From IMG/VR virus record IMGVR_UViG_3300024509_000014, positions 1-64,000 of that record: a DNA stretch of 64,000 nucleotides. The stretch is one strand, 5' to 3'. This document shows, in pieces, positions 28,361-38,520 of the stretch (positions are counted from its first letter, which is position 1; every line of letters starts with the position of its first letter). The notes under the pieces were generated by a model. It was given only the letters and a program-made list of their open reading frames with translations. It ran no database searches and was not told where the DNA came from. Made by a program: the position numbers and the translations under genes. The DNA comes from a virus.

Positions 28361-29418
28361 TCGTCACTTTTTTGCGATCCAGCTCAGTTGGGTCTTACGG
28401 GTGGTGTCCTCATAAGTTCTTTATCACAAGCAACTTAGGACACAAGGAACCATCCGGCAAAAAAGCAGAATCTGGCAATATTGTTCACAAGGCCCTGGAG
28501 TTGTTGGCCCGCAAAAAATTAGCGCATCAAAATAGAGAGCGAACTTTTTCTGATCCAGAAGTCGAAAAAGAGTTTGATACGGCCACCTTCACCCCGGAAT
28601 TGGCTATAGAAGCTGGTTGGGATCACTACACCAACCCAGAACGGACTATTCATCCCTGGACCAAAGGTGATCGTAAAAAATGTGAACAATGGACTTGGGA
28701 TGTCCTGCTGTTTAACGACGGCATGTTCTCTCCGGTCAATCGCAATGTTGTCATGCCAGAGCAATATTTTGAAATCACTCTGCCGCACGACTGGGCCAAG
28801 TACGAATATTCCCTGCCTGATGGCCGTCGCTACGAAGGCCAATTGATTTTGCGTGGCACGATGGATCTCGTCACCAGGGTGAGGCCTGGACTCATCGAAT
28901 ACATCGATTGGAAAACAGGCAAGCGTCGATGCTGGGTAAAAGACAAGGTAAAAGAATACGAAGATATGTACGAAGATTTTCAGCTTCGTCTATATCATTA
29001 TGCATTGTGCGAGCTTTATCCAGACGATGATATCTTAATGACGATCTTTTTTGTGCAGGATGGTGGTCCTTATTCTCTCTGCCTGCAACGATCCGATCTG
29101 CCCGACACCCTCCAGATGATCCGTCGTGAGTTTGAGAAGATCAAAAGAGACAACGCTCCCAGTCGGATTCTTGACCGCGACCCAAACAATTGGAAATGCA
29201 GTCGCCTCTGTTCTTTTTTTGATGACGAACATCCAGAATCTGGTCTTTCGACCTGCCAACACTACAGGAACGAAATTGTTCAACTTGGCATCGACCGGGT
29301 TGTTGCCAAATACGCTCTGGGCGAACCCTGGGCTGGATATGGGTCTGGTGGCGGTAGAACAGAAAGGGTTGACGAAACCGCCAATCAAACCGTAGTATCT
29401 TCGGGAGTTGTGTCGTGA
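28357..29418 (+). CDS. PD-(D/E)xK exonuclease, Cas4/RecB-like
   Basis: N-terminal WCP, GNIVHKALE, RGTMDLV, IDWKTG, QLRLY, C-terminal CSRLC...C cysteines. Confidence 0.8.
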   Translation: MIVTFLRSSSVGSYGWCPHKFFITSNLGHKEPSGKKAESGNIVHKALELLARKKLAHQNRERTFSDPEVEKEFDTATFTPELAIEAGWDHYTNPERTIHPWTKGDRKKCEQWTWDVLLFNDGMFSPVNRNVVMPEQYFEITLPHDWAKYEYSLPDGRRYEGQLILRGTMDLVTRVRPGLIEYIDWKTGKRRCWVKDKVKEYEDMYEDFQLRLYHYALCELYPDDDILMTIFFVQDGGPYSLCLQRSDLPDTLQMIRREFEKIKRDNAPSRILDRDPNNWKCSRLCSFFDDEHPESGLSTCQHYRNEIVQLGIDRVVAKYALGEPWAGYGSGGGRTERVDETANQTVVSSGVVS

Positions 29419-29915
29419 CTAACTGTCATTTGAAAATCGGGACTAAGATCACATTAAACGAAGCCGAGCAAAGATTGGCTAAGTTCTTGGCAAAGTCCAG
29501 ATATATGCAAAACAGGAAGTCCAACACAAAAGACGGCAAGGTGGGGCCGCAGGACTGCGAGACAACTGATCTGGAAGGAATCGCTGCCGAGATCGCTTTC
29601 TGCAAGATGACCAATGTTTATCCAGATTTGCAACTGGATGAACGCCCCGACTTCGACGCAACTTTGCCCTGTGGCACCACTGTGGATGTCAAGGCCACTC
29701 GCTATAGAAGCGGTCGCCTTTTGGCTGTCCCCGGCAAGGCCAACAAATCAGACGATCTTGATGCGTATTCGCTCATTGTGGGCGAGTTTCCAGGCCCCTA
29801 TGAGTTTAGGGGCTTTATGAGAAGTGATGACCTCTTGCGGCAAGAGAGACTCACCAATTTGGGCCACGGCCCGACCTACGCCGCGGATCAGAAGGAGCTT
29901 GTTGAACAACCATGA
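29415..29915 (+). CDS. hypothetical protein, restriction-endonuclease-like fold
   Basis: GIAAEIAF...DFD...VDVKAT pattern. Confidence 0.55.
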   Translation: MTNCHLKIGTKITLNEAEQRLAKFLAKSRYMQNRKSNTKDGKVGPQDCETTDLEGIAAEIAFCKMTNVYPDLQLDERPDFDATLPCGTTVDVKATRYRSGRLLAVPGKANKSDDLDAYSLIVGEFPGPYEFRGFMRSDDLLRQERLTNLGHGPTYAADQKELVEQP

Positions 29916-30238
29916 GTCTTGCCAATTATCAGGTGGATGCCCGCACGACTGCTATCTACCCGCCCGAAGTGAAGGTGATCTATCCGGCTCTTGGTCTGGC
30001 CGGGGAGGCCGGTGAGGTCTGCAACAAAACCAAGAAGATTTTGCGCGACGACGGTGGAAGGATGACTGAGGAGAAGCGGACTCAGCTGATCGACGAGTTG
30101 GGCGATGTCCTCTGGTATGTCGCCAACCTCGCCACCGATCTGGGAGTGACCCTTGACGAAGTGGCCAGGATCAATCTGGCCAAATTGAACAGTCGCAAAG
30201 AGCGTGGCACCATCACGGGCAGCGGGGACAATCGGTGA
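29912..30238 (+). CDS. MazG-like nucleotide pyrophosphohydrolase
   Basis: LGLAGEAGEV..K.KK...DELGDVLWYV..N..KL..R. Confidence 0.9.
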   Translation: MSLANYQVDARTTAIYPPEVKVIYPALGLAGEAGEVCNKTKKILRDDGGRMTEEKRTQLIDELGDVLWYVANLATDLGVTLDEVARINLAKLNSRKERGTITGSGDNR

Positions 30239-30816
30239 CCAAGCTGACCTGCTATTTGGATTTGGACGGGGTCCTGGCGGATTTTACCGCCGGGGCCATC
30301 TCCCTCCACAAGCTCCCGGTCACCCACAAGGATGTGGACTGTTGGGATTTTCACCACAAGCTAGGCTTCCAGGGCGACAACGAGAAGAAGTTTTGGGAGC
30401 CTATGGGCTTCGACTTCTGGGCCAACCTACCCAAGACCAGAGAGCACGATGCCGTACTGTCGATCGTGGAAGAGGTTTTTGGCGACAAAGTAGTAATAGC
30501 TACTTCTCCAGCATCAACGCCAGGGTGTGTTGAGGGCAAGATTGCCTGGATCAACAAACATCTTCCGGCTTATTCGCGTAGGTTTGTTGTGGGCGCCTCC
30601 AAACACCTCATGGCCAGTTACGGCAAAATCCTGATAGACGATTACGAAGTCAACACAAAACGCTTTTTTGAGCACGGTGGAACAGCTATTCTTTTCCCTA
30701 GGTTGTACAACAGTCGTGGCCATCTGACTGTCGACGGTCATTTTGACAAGATGGACACCTTTCATATGTGGCTAAAGGATGCGGTGCGTTACCATAATTT
30801 TTTCGGGGATGCTTAG
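30235..30816 (+). CDS. HAD-family 5'(3')-deoxyribonucleotidase (NT5C-like)
   Basis: YLDLDGVLADF, ATSP, K..WI, ILIDD. Confidence 0.85.
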   Translation: MTKLTCYLDLDGVLADFTAGAISLHKLPVTHKDVDCWDFHHKLGFQGDNEKKFWEPMGFDFWANLPKTREHDAVLSIVEEVFGDKVVIATSPASTPGCVEGKIAWINKHLPAYSRRFVVGASKHLMASYGKILIDDYEVNTKRFFEHGGTAILFPRLYNSRGHLTVDGHFDKMDTFHMWLKDAVRYHNFFGDA

Positions 30817-30858
30817 GGGTAGGGGTTGGTCTTTGTCTTTCAGGGGTGGGGGTTGTCA

Positions 30859-32784
30859 ATGAGTTGGGTTCCGCTGCATTGTCACAGCATGTATAGCTTG
30901 CTTGATGGGCTTAGCAAGCCTGATGCTATTGCTAGCAGATGTGAGAAGTTGGGCTACAAGGCTTGTGCGATTACTGATCATGGCACGCTTTCCGGCGTCG
31001 CCGCTTTTTCCAAGGCCCTTCGCAAGAAAAATATCAAGCCGATCCTTGGGTCGGAATTTTATCTTTGTTCTGGACCCGCACACGACAAGCGCCCCGAGAA
31101 TGGATCGCTGTCGCACCTGTGTGTGTTGGCAAAGGGCGAGGAGGGATGGAAGAGACTCGTTCAAGCCTCGAGCGACTCGAACGACCCCAATCATTTTTAC
31201 CGCAAGCCTAGGCTGGACTTGGAGTTGCTGGCAAAACATGCGGACGGCAAGTTCATCGTTTTTTCTGGACATCCTGGTAGCGACCTCTGCAATGCCTTGT
31301 TTGAAAATCCCAAAGCTGCCTATGGCTGCCAGACATACGAGCAGGCCAGGGCAATGGTGCCTTCCGACTGGGAAAAGCGCCTTCTCGCAGTTACAAATCG
31401 ATACAGGAATCTGTTCGGGGACAAAAATTTTTGGATTGAGATCCAAGCTGTCGATCAGGACAACCTTCCGGCCGCTGCCGTGACGGTCAAGGCATTGCGT
31501 CATTTTGCCAAGAAATACAACATTAAAACGCTAGCTACTCCAGACGCCCACTATCCAGCCAGCGAAGATGCTGCGGATCAAAGAGTTCTGCTTTGTTCTG
31601 CTATGCAAACAACTCTTCCTACGATACACTCAGCATTATCCAAGCAAGAAGATGTTTCTCTTGGTGGTTTCTTCAGGTCTAATCGCTATCATATTCCAGA
31701 TTTTGATGAGGTGAAAGGCCTGCACACGCCTCAGGAAATTGATGCGTCTCTGGAGATCAGCGATTTATGCGGGGATTATGACATCCTTTCCAAACCTCAG
31801 CTGCCTGAGTTTGCCTGCCCCAACGGCATGAGTGCCGACGAGTATGTGCGTCAGCTTTGTCGTGAAGGCTGGAAAAAGAAATTGAAGCACGCTGCTCAGG
31901 GCACGCCTGAATTTGTCGCCTACGGCGATCGGGTCAAGAAAGAGCTTGGGGTTATCACCGAGGCTGGGTTGTCTGCCTACTTCCTGATCGTGTCTGAATA
32001 TTGCGATTGGGCGAGGAGCCAGGGGTGGTTGGTTGGCAAAGGACGCGGTTCTGGTGCCGGATGTCTGGTCAGCTACCTGCTCGGCATCACCAATGTTGAC
32101 CCCGTCAAATACAACCTGCTGTTTGAGCGTTTTTACAACGCAGGTCGCAACCAGCCTGGTCGCGTGAGCCTGCCGGATATTGATTGCGACTTCCCCATCT
32201 CGCACCGTGATGAAGTTGTGCAACACATGCGCGACCGCTACGGCGAGGATCGTGTTGCCCAGATGGTCACTTTTTCTAGACTACAGGGGCGTGCTGCCAT
32301 CAAGGATGTTTTAAGGGCGCATGAAAAGGGGACTTTCGATGAAATCAACAAGATTACCGACCATATTCCTGACGAGGCAGCCATCTCTGATGAACTTCAG
32401 GAAATGCGCGAGGAGACAGGCGAAGCATCAATCTTGATGTGGGCCTTGGAGAACAACGCCAAGGAACTAGCTCCCTGGTGTCGCATCGGAGACAGCGGTC
32501 AACTGGAAGGGCCTCTGGCCGTAGAGTTTGCCCAAGCTATCCGTCTTGAAGGAACTAAGCGAAATCAATCAAAACATGCGGCTGGCGTGGTGATTGCGCC
32601 TAGATCGTTGGCCGACTGCTGTCCTATGGTATTTGACAAGTCTACGAACCGTCGCATCTGCGGTGTGGAAATGTCCGACTTGGAAGCCATGGGCTTTGTC
32701 AAGTTTGACATCTTGGGGGTCGCAGCCCTCGACAAGATGCAAGGTGCTATTTCTTTGCTGAAGGGGGGGTCTGTCCGTGTTTGA
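30859..32784 (+). CDS. dnaE: DNA polymerase III alpha subunit, N-terminal part (PHP + palm/thumb)
   Basis: HCHSMYSLLDG, TDHG, DAHY, GRGSGAG, LLFERF, PDIDCDF, KHAAGVVI, KFDILG; stops just after the third catalytic Asp. Confidence 0.92.
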   Translation: MSWVPLHCHSMYSLLDGLSKPDAIASRCEKLGYKACAITDHGTLSGVAAFSKALRKKNIKPILGSEFYLCSGPAHDKRPENGSLSHLCVLAKGEEGWKRLVQASSDSNDPNHFYRKPRLDLELLAKHADGKFIVFSGHPGSDLCNALFENPKAAYGCQTYEQARAMVPSDWEKRLLAVTNRYRNLFGDKNFWIEIQAVDQDNLPAAAVTVKALRHFAKKYNIKTLATPDAHYPASEDAADQRVLLCSAMQTTLPTIHSALSKQEDVSLGGFFRSNRYHIPDFDEVKGLHTPQEIDASLEISDLCGDYDILSKPQLPEFACPNGMSADEYVRQLCREGWKKKLKHAAQGTPEFVAYGDRVKKELGVITEAGLSAYFLIVSEYCDWARSQGWLVGKGRGSGAGCLVSYLLGITNVDPVKYNLLFERFYNAGRNQPGRVSLPDIDCDFPISHRDEVVQHMRDRYGEDRVAQMVTFSRLQGRAAIKDVLRAHEKGTFDEINKITDHIPDEAAISDELQEMREETGEASILMWALENNAKELAPWCRIGDSGQLEGPLAVEFAQAIRLEGTKRNQSKHAAGVVIAPRSLADCCPMVFDKSTNRRICGVEMSDLEAMGFVKFDILGVAALDKMQGAISLLKGGSVRV

Positions 32785-33067
32785 TGAAGAATCTGAAGAA
32801 GTTGGTCTTTCCAAGCGCATGGTGGCACACAATCTGGCTTTGTTGGACGCCCTTGCTGAAGCTTCTGAGGCCAAGAAACGCATGGCCGAGGAGATGGGCA
32901 ATGTCATCAAGGCGATCCTGATCAAATTCGGGGGGGAGATCACGCTGGATGGCACATTCATCGCCGCTGCTGAATCGCCAACCTGCACATTGAATCACGA
33001 GATTCTGTCCAACGGCGAAGTCCTGCGGTTTTGGGTCGAGGAAGTCGAAGAGGGGGACGACGAATGA
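32777..33067 (+). CDS. small acidic hypothetical protein inside the split dnaE locus
   Basis: GTG overlapping dnaE-N stop; acidic termini. Confidence 0.65.
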   Translation: MFDEESEEVGLSKRMVAHNLALLDALAEASEAKKRMAEEMGNVIKAILIKFGGEITLDGTFIAAAESPTCTLNHEILSNGEVLRFWVEEVEEGDDE

Positions 33068-33720
33068 CCACCAACATCATCATTTGTTTTGACTTTGAGA
33101 CGGGCGGTTTGGACATCAGAACCACCGAGCCAATCGAAATCGCTGCGGTCGCCATCAACCCCAGGACTCTGTCGGTAGTGCCGGATGGCACATTCTACAG
33201 CCTGTGCAAGCCGACCGATTTCTCCCTCCTGCAAGACCAGGCTCTGGCCGTCAACGGCAAGACGCGTGACCAGCTGAGGGCTGCGCCTGAGCAGGAAGCG
33301 GTCTGGCGTTCTTTCTGTTCTTTCATCAAGCGGTTCAATCCCAAGGGGAACAGCTTCACGACGGCGCCCATTGCCGCCGGGAAAAACATCCGCGCTTTTG
33401 ACCTGCCGATTTTCAATCGTCTTTGCGCCAAGTACGGCTTTGCCGACAAGAACGGGGATCAAAACCTGTTCCATCGCCGGAAGGTCTATGACTTGGAGGA
33501 TCTGCTGGAGTTCTGGTTTCATGACTCCGAAGAGCTTCCCGATCGCAAGATGGACACCTTGCGCGGATATTTTGGGATGAGCCGGGACGGGGCGCATTCG
33601 GCCATGGTGGACACGAAACAGACGGCAGAATTGATCGTCCGCTTTTTGAAAGTGCATCGGTATTATGCCGCCAAAATCCCGTTCCGTGGAGCTTGCGCCA
33701 AGAACCCGGTGATCATCTGA
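33064..33720 (+). CDS. DEDDh 3'-5' exonuclease (DnaQ/epsilon-like)
   Basis: DFETGG, NIRAFD, AHSAMVD. Confidence 0.88.
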   Translation: MTTNIIICFDFETGGLDIRTTEPIEIAAVAINPRTLSVVPDGTFYSLCKPTDFSLLQDQALAVNGKTRDQLRAAPEQEAVWRSFCSFIKRFNPKGNSFTTAPIAAGKNIRAFDLPIFNRLCAKYGFADKNGDQNLFHRRKVYDLEDLLEFWFHDSEELPDRKMDTLRGYFGMSRDGAHSAMVDTKQTAELIVRFLKVHRYYAAKIPFRGACAKNPVII

Positions 33721-35351
33721 TGGCCGAGTATCACATGTCCTGTGGTTGTTCCTGGCCGATAGTCGGGGATTCGCCACGCCAAGGCGCTCTTCCCCTGCTT
33801 GATGTCGATGTGTCCAAGCTGCCGGATTGTCATCTGGCCTGGGACATCATGTCGATTGGCAATACCAAGGGTGTCTTCCAGCTGGAAAGCCGGCTGGGGG
33901 CAACCTGGGCCAAAAAGCTCAGGCCCAGGAATGACGAGCACCTTTCGGCTTTGGGCGCTTTGTTGCGCCCGGGCTGTTTGGCCGCCAAAGACGAGAACGG
34001 CATCAGCCTGACCGAACACTACTGCCGTCGCGTCAACAAAGAAGAGCCTGCTGACTCGTTCGACCCCGCCCTAGACGAAATACTCGGGCCGACTGAGCAG
34101 ATTTTGGTTTATCAAGAACAAGCCATGCAGATTGGAGCAAAGTTTGCTGGCTTCGATCTTAAAAATGTCGACAGGCTACGCAAGGCCATCGGCAAGAAGG
34201 ATCAGAAGGAAATGGCCGAGGTCAAGCGGCTTTTCCTTGAGGGGGCAGAAAAGGTCAAGGTCGTTTCCATGGATGTGGCCGAGACCGTTTGGGGCTGGAT
34301 CGAGAAGGCTGGACGGTACTCTTTCAACAAGTCCCACAGCATGAGCTACGGGCTGACTGGGTACGACACCGCCTATCTCAAGTCCCACTTCCCGGTGCAG
34401 TTCTATACCTCGTGGCTGGCCTACGCCGAAGACAAGGTTGATCCGGATCAGGAAGTCATGGAGTTGGTCGAGGATGCCCGCAGGGCCGGGATCACCGTGT
34501 TTCCGCCCGATGTCCGCCACAAACAGATGATTTTCTGGACAGATGGCGTCGATATCTTTTTCGGGCTGTCAAACATCAAGGGGTTGGGACAGTCCAATCT
34601 ACACAAGCTGTTTGAGATTATGGAAAAAGCCGAGAAGGATTTGGGCAAGAAATCCACCGAATTCACTTGGGTCGAATGGCTTGTGCATGTTGCCGCAGAA
34701 ACACCTTCGGTGAATCACAAGCTGATCATGGCGGGCGCCCTGGATTGGGCGGGACGCAAGCGGCAACGAATGCTGGCCGAGATCGATGTTGTCGCCTCGC
34801 TCACCAAGAAGGAGCAGGCCTGGATTCTGAAGAACTGCAATGGAGACGAGCCGTTTGTCGATGTGCTTCGACGGTTGGCCAAACCGAAGAAGGAAGGCGG
34901 TGGTGTGGCCAATGTGAAACGCGGGTCTCTGGTGAATGGCCAGGCGACCCTTCTGGAGAATCCACCCACCCCGTTGAGCGACCATCCGGCTTGGATGGCT
35001 TGGGCAGAAGAGCAGGTCTTTGGGTTCGCCCTGACCTGTTCTCGCGTTGACGGTTGCGATCTGGGTGACGCAAACACGACCTGCGGCGAATTCTTGGCTG
35101 GAAAGACTGGATTTCTTCTCCTTGGCGTTGAGGTGAGAGGGGTCAGGTCGTTTAAGACAAAGAAAGGGACCATGATGGCTTTCCTTTCTCTATCGGATTC
35201 GTCCGGGATGCTGGACGATGTGGTGTGTTTCTCTGAGCCTTGGGAGGAGTACAAGCATCTCCTGTCTGAGGGGAACACGGTTTTGGTGCAGGGCGAACGA
35301 GACCCCAAGAAAGGTTCGTTGGTCGTGCGCAAGGTTTTTCAGATGTCATGA
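33720..35351 (+). CDS. dnaE: DNA polymerase III alpha subunit, C-terminal part (fingers, HhH, OB)
   Basis: TKGVFQLES, ALLRPG, LVYQEQ, LRKAIGKK, YSFNKSH, GLSNIKGLG, TKKGTMMAF. Confidence 0.92.
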   Translation: MAEYHMSCGCSWPIVGDSPRQGALPLLDVDVSKLPDCHLAWDIMSIGNTKGVFQLESRLGATWAKKLRPRNDEHLSALGALLRPGCLAAKDENGISLTEHYCRRVNKEEPADSFDPALDEILGPTEQILVYQEQAMQIGAKFAGFDLKNVDRLRKAIGKKDQKEMAEVKRLFLEGAEKVKVVSMDVAETVWGWIEKAGRYSFNKSHSMSYGLTGYDTAYLKSHFPVQFYTSWLAYAEDKVDPDQEVMELVEDARRAGITVFPPDVRHKQMIFWTDGVDIFFGLSNIKGLGQSNLHKLFEIMEKAEKDLGKKSTEFTWVEWLVHVAAETPSVNHKLIMAGALDWAGRKRQRMLAEIDVVASLTKKEQAWILKNCNGDEPFVDVLRRLAKPKKEGGGVANVKRGSLVNGQATLLENPPTPLSDHPAWMAWAEEQVFGFALTCSRVDGCDLGDANTTCGEFLAGKTGFLLLGVEVRGVRSFKTKKGTMMAFLSLSDSSGMLDDVVCFSEPWEEYKHLLSEGNTVLVQGERDPKKGSLVVRKVFQMS

Positions 35352-35360
35352 GGTGAATTC

Positions 35361-35783
35361 GTGAACAATTGCATTTTCATTGGGAACTTCGTGCGTGACC
35401 CCGAGCTTCAGAGCGTGGGGGCTGAACACCGCGTGGCAAAATTTGCCATCGCTGTCAACGGTGGCCGCAAGAACCGCAACGGAGAGGAGGAGGTCGCATT
35501 CATTGAGTGCGAAGCCTGGGACAAATCCGCTGACACCATCAGCAAGTACATGAAGAAGGGGTCGAAGATCGCCATCCAGGCGACCGCACGCACCGACACC
35601 TGGACTGACAAGTCGAGTGGCACCAAGCGTTCGACCTTGCGTTTTCGGGTGAACAACTTCACCTTCCTGGGAGCCAAGAACACCGAAGCCAGATCGGATA
35701 AGGCCGTAGCAGCCGGGGTGGGTGCCGAGGACGAGGGTGTCGGTTTTGCCAGTGGTGCTGACGGCGAAGAAATCCCCTTCTGA
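35361..35783 (+). CDS. ssb: single-stranded DNA-binding protein
   Basis: NNCIFIGNFVRDPEL, FIECEAW, acidic EEIPF tail. Confidence 0.95.
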   Translation: MNNCIFIGNFVRDPELQSVGAEHRVAKFAIAVNGGRKNRNGEEEVAFIECEAWDKSADTISKYMKKGSKIAIQATARTDTWTDKSSGTKRSTLRFRVNNFTFLGAKNTEARSDKAVAAGVGAEDEGVGFASGADGEEIPF

Positions 35784-35791
35784 GAAAAACA

Positions 35792-37393
35792 ATGGCACGC
35801 ATCCTTCTGGTTGGTGAGGCGACTTGGTTGCAGACTGGCTATGCCACATACGCAAGCCAGATTGCCCACAAGCTTAAAGCAGCCGGTCATGAGATCGGGG
35901 AGTTGGCTTGTTACGGTGTTCCAAGTGATCCGAGGCGGGCGTCAAGCCCGTGGCCGGCTTTCTTCGTGACCACGAACACGGACAACTATCCGCCTCTGGC
36001 CATCAACCAGTCCAATCCCGCGCTGGGGGCCACGATCTTTGAGGAAACCGTCCTGCGTTTCAAGCCGGATGTTGTTATCTCATTGCGTGACCCCTGGCAG
36101 GATGCGTTCATTGCTTATTCGCCGCTGCGTTCTTACTATCGCTGGGTGTTCATGCACCCCGTCGACGGCGAACCTCAGGATGACGAATGGATTTCGGTAT
36201 TGAATCAGGCCGATGCCGTACTGTGTTATTCGGAATACGGCCTGAATGTCCTGAAGCAGTATCCCGGCCTAAACCTGGCCGGGGTCGCTTCCCCCGGAGC
36301 TGAGCCGGATGTATTCTTCCCGCACTCTCAGCACGAATCCCGCGAGGCTCTGAACATCCCGCAGGATGCCCTGGTCGTGGGCACGGTGATGCGCAACCAG
36401 GGGCGCAAGCTGTACCCCGATCTTTTTGAAAGTTTCAAGAAGTTGCTGGACACGGCACCATCCCACATAGCCGACCGACTTTACCTGTACTGCCACACGG
36501 CTTGGCCCGATGTTGGCTGGGACATGCCCAAGTACCTGCTGCGACACGGTGTTGCCCACAGAACCCTGTTCACATTCGCCTGCAAGAAGTGCGATCGGGC
36601 CTCTGCCCTGCTCTGGCAGATGCCAGCCGGGTACTGTCCGTACTGCGCAAGTGGCGAATTAACCACCCCCGGCGTGGCTTCCGGCCTTCCTAGGTCGTTC
36701 ATGCGGCCGGTGTATTCATCCATGGACGTATTCGTGCAATACTCGGTGTGCGAGGGCTTCGGAATGCCGCAGGTTGAAGCAGCCTGTTGTGGTGTCCCGG
36801 TGGTCTCGGTTGACTTCACCGCCATGTCTTCTGTGGCCTCGGCTATCGGGGCCGAAACCATCCCAGTCCAACGCGCTTTCCCCGAATTGGAAACCGGACG
36901 GATGATGGCTTTGCCGGACAACAATGCCTTGGTGTCCGCCCTGACCAACCTCTTCTCGTCGCCGCCCGCATTGCGTCGAGCGATTGGTCAAAAACATAGA
37001 GATATGGCTAGTGCTACATTCAGCTATGAAAAAGCAGCTAATGTGTGGCTAAATACAATATCAAGCTTGCAAAAACCAACAAAAAGCTATCAAGATAATA
37101 AAAGAATATTGCCTAATTTATCTAAACCAGAAGAATATCTATCAAATAAAGAATGGGTTGACAAGGCTTTTGTTTCAGCCCTGGGAATCTCTTCTGCTCA
37201 GGCCGGATACCTAGCCCAAAGGATGCTGCGGGATCTTTCTCGTGGTTATTGTGATACCACTTTTGTCCCCTCTCAATACACAAGTTTTGGCCCGGGTGGC
37301 AAGCTGGGAGCTTTCAACCGGGAACATGCTTGGGAACAACTGTGTGCCGAACGTCACAGGATTGAGTTTTGGGAGGAAATGCGGGCATCATGA
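35792..37393 (+). CDS. glycosyltransferase family 4 with zinc-ribbon insertion
   Basis: TGYA, RNQGRK, CKKC...CPYC, EGFGMPQVEA. Confidence 0.85.
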   Translation: MARILLVGEATWLQTGYATYASQIAHKLKAAGHEIGELACYGVPSDPRRASSPWPAFFVTTNTDNYPPLAINQSNPALGATIFEETVLRFKPDVVISLRDPWQDAFIAYSPLRSYYRWVFMHPVDGEPQDDEWISVLNQADAVLCYSEYGLNVLKQYPGLNLAGVASPGAEPDVFFPHSQHESREALNIPQDALVVGTVMRNQGRKLYPDLFESFKKLLDTAPSHIADRLYLYCHTAWPDVGWDMPKYLLRHGVAHRTLFTFACKKCDRASALLWQMPAGYCPYCASGELTTPGVASGLPRSFMRPVYSSMDVFVQYSVCEGFGMPQVEAACCGVPVVSVDFTAMSSVASAIGAETIPVQRAFPELETGRMMALPDNNALVSALTNLFSSPPALRRAIGQKHRDMASATFSYEKAANVWLNTISSLQKPTKSYQDNKRILPNLSKPEEYLSNKEWVDKAFVSALGISSAQAGYLAQRMLRDLSRGYCDTTFVPSQYTSFGPGGKLGAFNREHAWEQLCAERHRIEFWEEMRAS

Positions 37394-38520
37394 ACGACAT
37401 CCTCTACATTGGCAATTTTCATGACGGAACGGGTTATGCCAGGGCCTGTTGCGAGACAGCCATTGCGTTAGAGGAGGCTGGAGCCAGAGTTATTTGTCGG
37501 CCAATCACCTTCAACGGTGCCTCCCACCCCTGCCATGAGAAAATCTACGGGCTGGAAGAACGCGCTATGCCCGCCAGGTTTGATGCGGTCATTCAGCACA
37601 CCCTGCCGCCCATCATGAAGTTTGACCGCAGGCTCGGTCTGAATGTGGCCAATTTTTACTACGAGGCTAGCAGGTTCACCAGCGCAGGGTGGGATTTGCA
37701 CCTGAACATGATGGATGTGGTTGTCACGACACCAGGAATCTCAACGAAAGCTTGCTCCAACAGTCGGGTGAACAAGCCGACCATCAGCCTGCCCCTACCC
37801 AGCGATGTCCATCGCTATCTGAAAAAGTATCCGGTTCCGGATTTCATTCGACAGTACGTCAACGAGAAGAAGTTTGTCTTCTACACGATCGGCGAGAATG
37901 TCCGACGCAAAAATTTGGGTGGGTTGATCAAGGCCTATTACAGCGAGTTTCTGCCGACCGAAAATGTCGTGCTCGTCATCAAGACAAACGGCGATCCGCG
38001 CCATGTCCAATCGATGATGCGCGAGATCGGACAGGGCATGAAACTGCCTTATCTTCCAGAAATAGTCGTGATCACGGAACGGTTGACAGAAGATCAGCTG
38101 ATGGGTCTTCATGCTCACGGATCATGTTTTGTCCAGGCCTCTTGTGGTGAAGCCTGGTCTTATCCGGCCTTTGACGCAATGGCGATGGGCAGGACTCCGG
38201 TTGTGCCAGACACCGGAACCTATCGCTCCTATATCTCGGATGAGACCGGCTATCTCGTTCCCGTCTACGACGAGCCATGCTCGGGCGGTCAGGACGAGTC
38301 AGCCGAGCTTTACCGTGGCGACGAACAATGGGAGGTTCCTTTTACCAAGGATCTGTCCCATGCGATGCGAAGGGCTTACAGGGAGGATGACCAGCGTCAA
38401 GCGAAAGCTTCGCTCGGTCTGGAAGTGGCGTACCAATTCATCCCCCTGAAGGTCGGCAAGACCTTCCTGGAGGCTCTTGACCATGCGACGCAAAAACAAG
38501 CTGTGGACCGATTTTCTTGA
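37390..38520 (+). CDS. glycosyltransferase family 4
   Basis: TGYA, RRKN, SCGEAWSYPAFDAMAMG. Confidence 0.82.
   Translation: MNDILYIGNFHDGTGYARACCETAIALEEAGARVICRPITFNGASHPCHEKIYGLEERAMPARFDAVIQHTLPPIMKFDRRLGLNVANFYYEASRFTSAGWDLHLNMMDVVVTTPGISTKACSNSRVNKPTISLPLPSDVHRYLKKYPVPDFIRQYVNEKKFVFYTIGENVRRKNLGGLIKAYYSEFLPTENVVLVIKTNGDPRHVQSMMREIGQGMKLPYLPEIVVITERLTEDQLMGLHAHGSCFVQASCGEAWSYPAFDAMAMGRTPVVPDTGTYRSYISDETGYLVPVYDEPCSGGQDESAELYRGDEQWEVPFTKDLSHAMRRAYREDDQRQAKASLGLEVAYQFIPLKVGKTFLEALDHATQKQAVDRFS

Noticed and set aside
32784-33720. Split intein or self-splicing intron joining the dnaE halves
   Set aside because: No intein N-terminal block or HN/C-S-T end on either half; the interval is fully occupied by two coupled ORFs with no room for a ribozyme core
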